From sequence record NC_054920.1: 64,000 nt of DNA. One strand, written 5' to 3'. Below are positions 62,038 to 64,000 of this stretch, piece after piece. The DNA is from Escherichia phage vB_EcoM_G9062. The translations under genes were made by a program, and so were the position numbers. How positions within the stretch are numbered: position 1 is the first letter of the stretch; each line of letters opens with the position of its first letter. The notes under the pieces are model-generated. The model made no database searches, had not been told where the DNA came from, and saw nothing but the letters and a program-made list of their open reading frames with translations.

Positions 62038-64000
<1,963 letters not shown>

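Overview
This window reads as a segment of a T4-like (T-even, Tequatrovirus-type) Escherichia phage genome, in the standard T4 gene order. Positions 1-43748 are a minus-strand array of early/middle genes: rpbA-like, 46, 47, agt, 55, nrdH/nrdG/nrdD, 49, nrdC, a long hypervariable block of small ORFs, rI, tk, regB, a GrcA-like gene, denV, lysozyme e, nudE, a 10-gene tRNA cluster, internal-protein-like genes, 57B/57A, 1, 3, 2, 4. Positions 43796-64000 are plus-strand late structural genes: baseplate 53, 5, 5.4, 6-11, short tail fibre 12, fibritin wac, neck 13/14, 15, terminase 16 and the 5' part of 17. Gene identities come from my recollection of T4 protein sequences, lengths and synteny; none were checked by database search. 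Most interesting: (1) a perfect 55-bp tandem duplication inside neck gene 14 that frameshifts it; (2) a freestanding HNH endonuclease gene packed exactly between genes 13 and 14, plus a GIY-YIG-like ORF between 47 and agt; (3) a repeated early-promoter plus stem-loop cassette (PeSL-like) seen about 14 times in front of small ORFs, often just after a UUCG-loop terminator; (4) four candidate capsid-targeted internal proteins flanking the tRNA cluster; (5) tandem paralogue families, a macro-domain protein and a P-loop ATPase in the nrdC-rI hypervariable region. Differences from T4 as I recall it: extra tRNA-Tyr and tRNA-Asn and no segB, no nrdD intron, no ipII/ipIII between denV and e.
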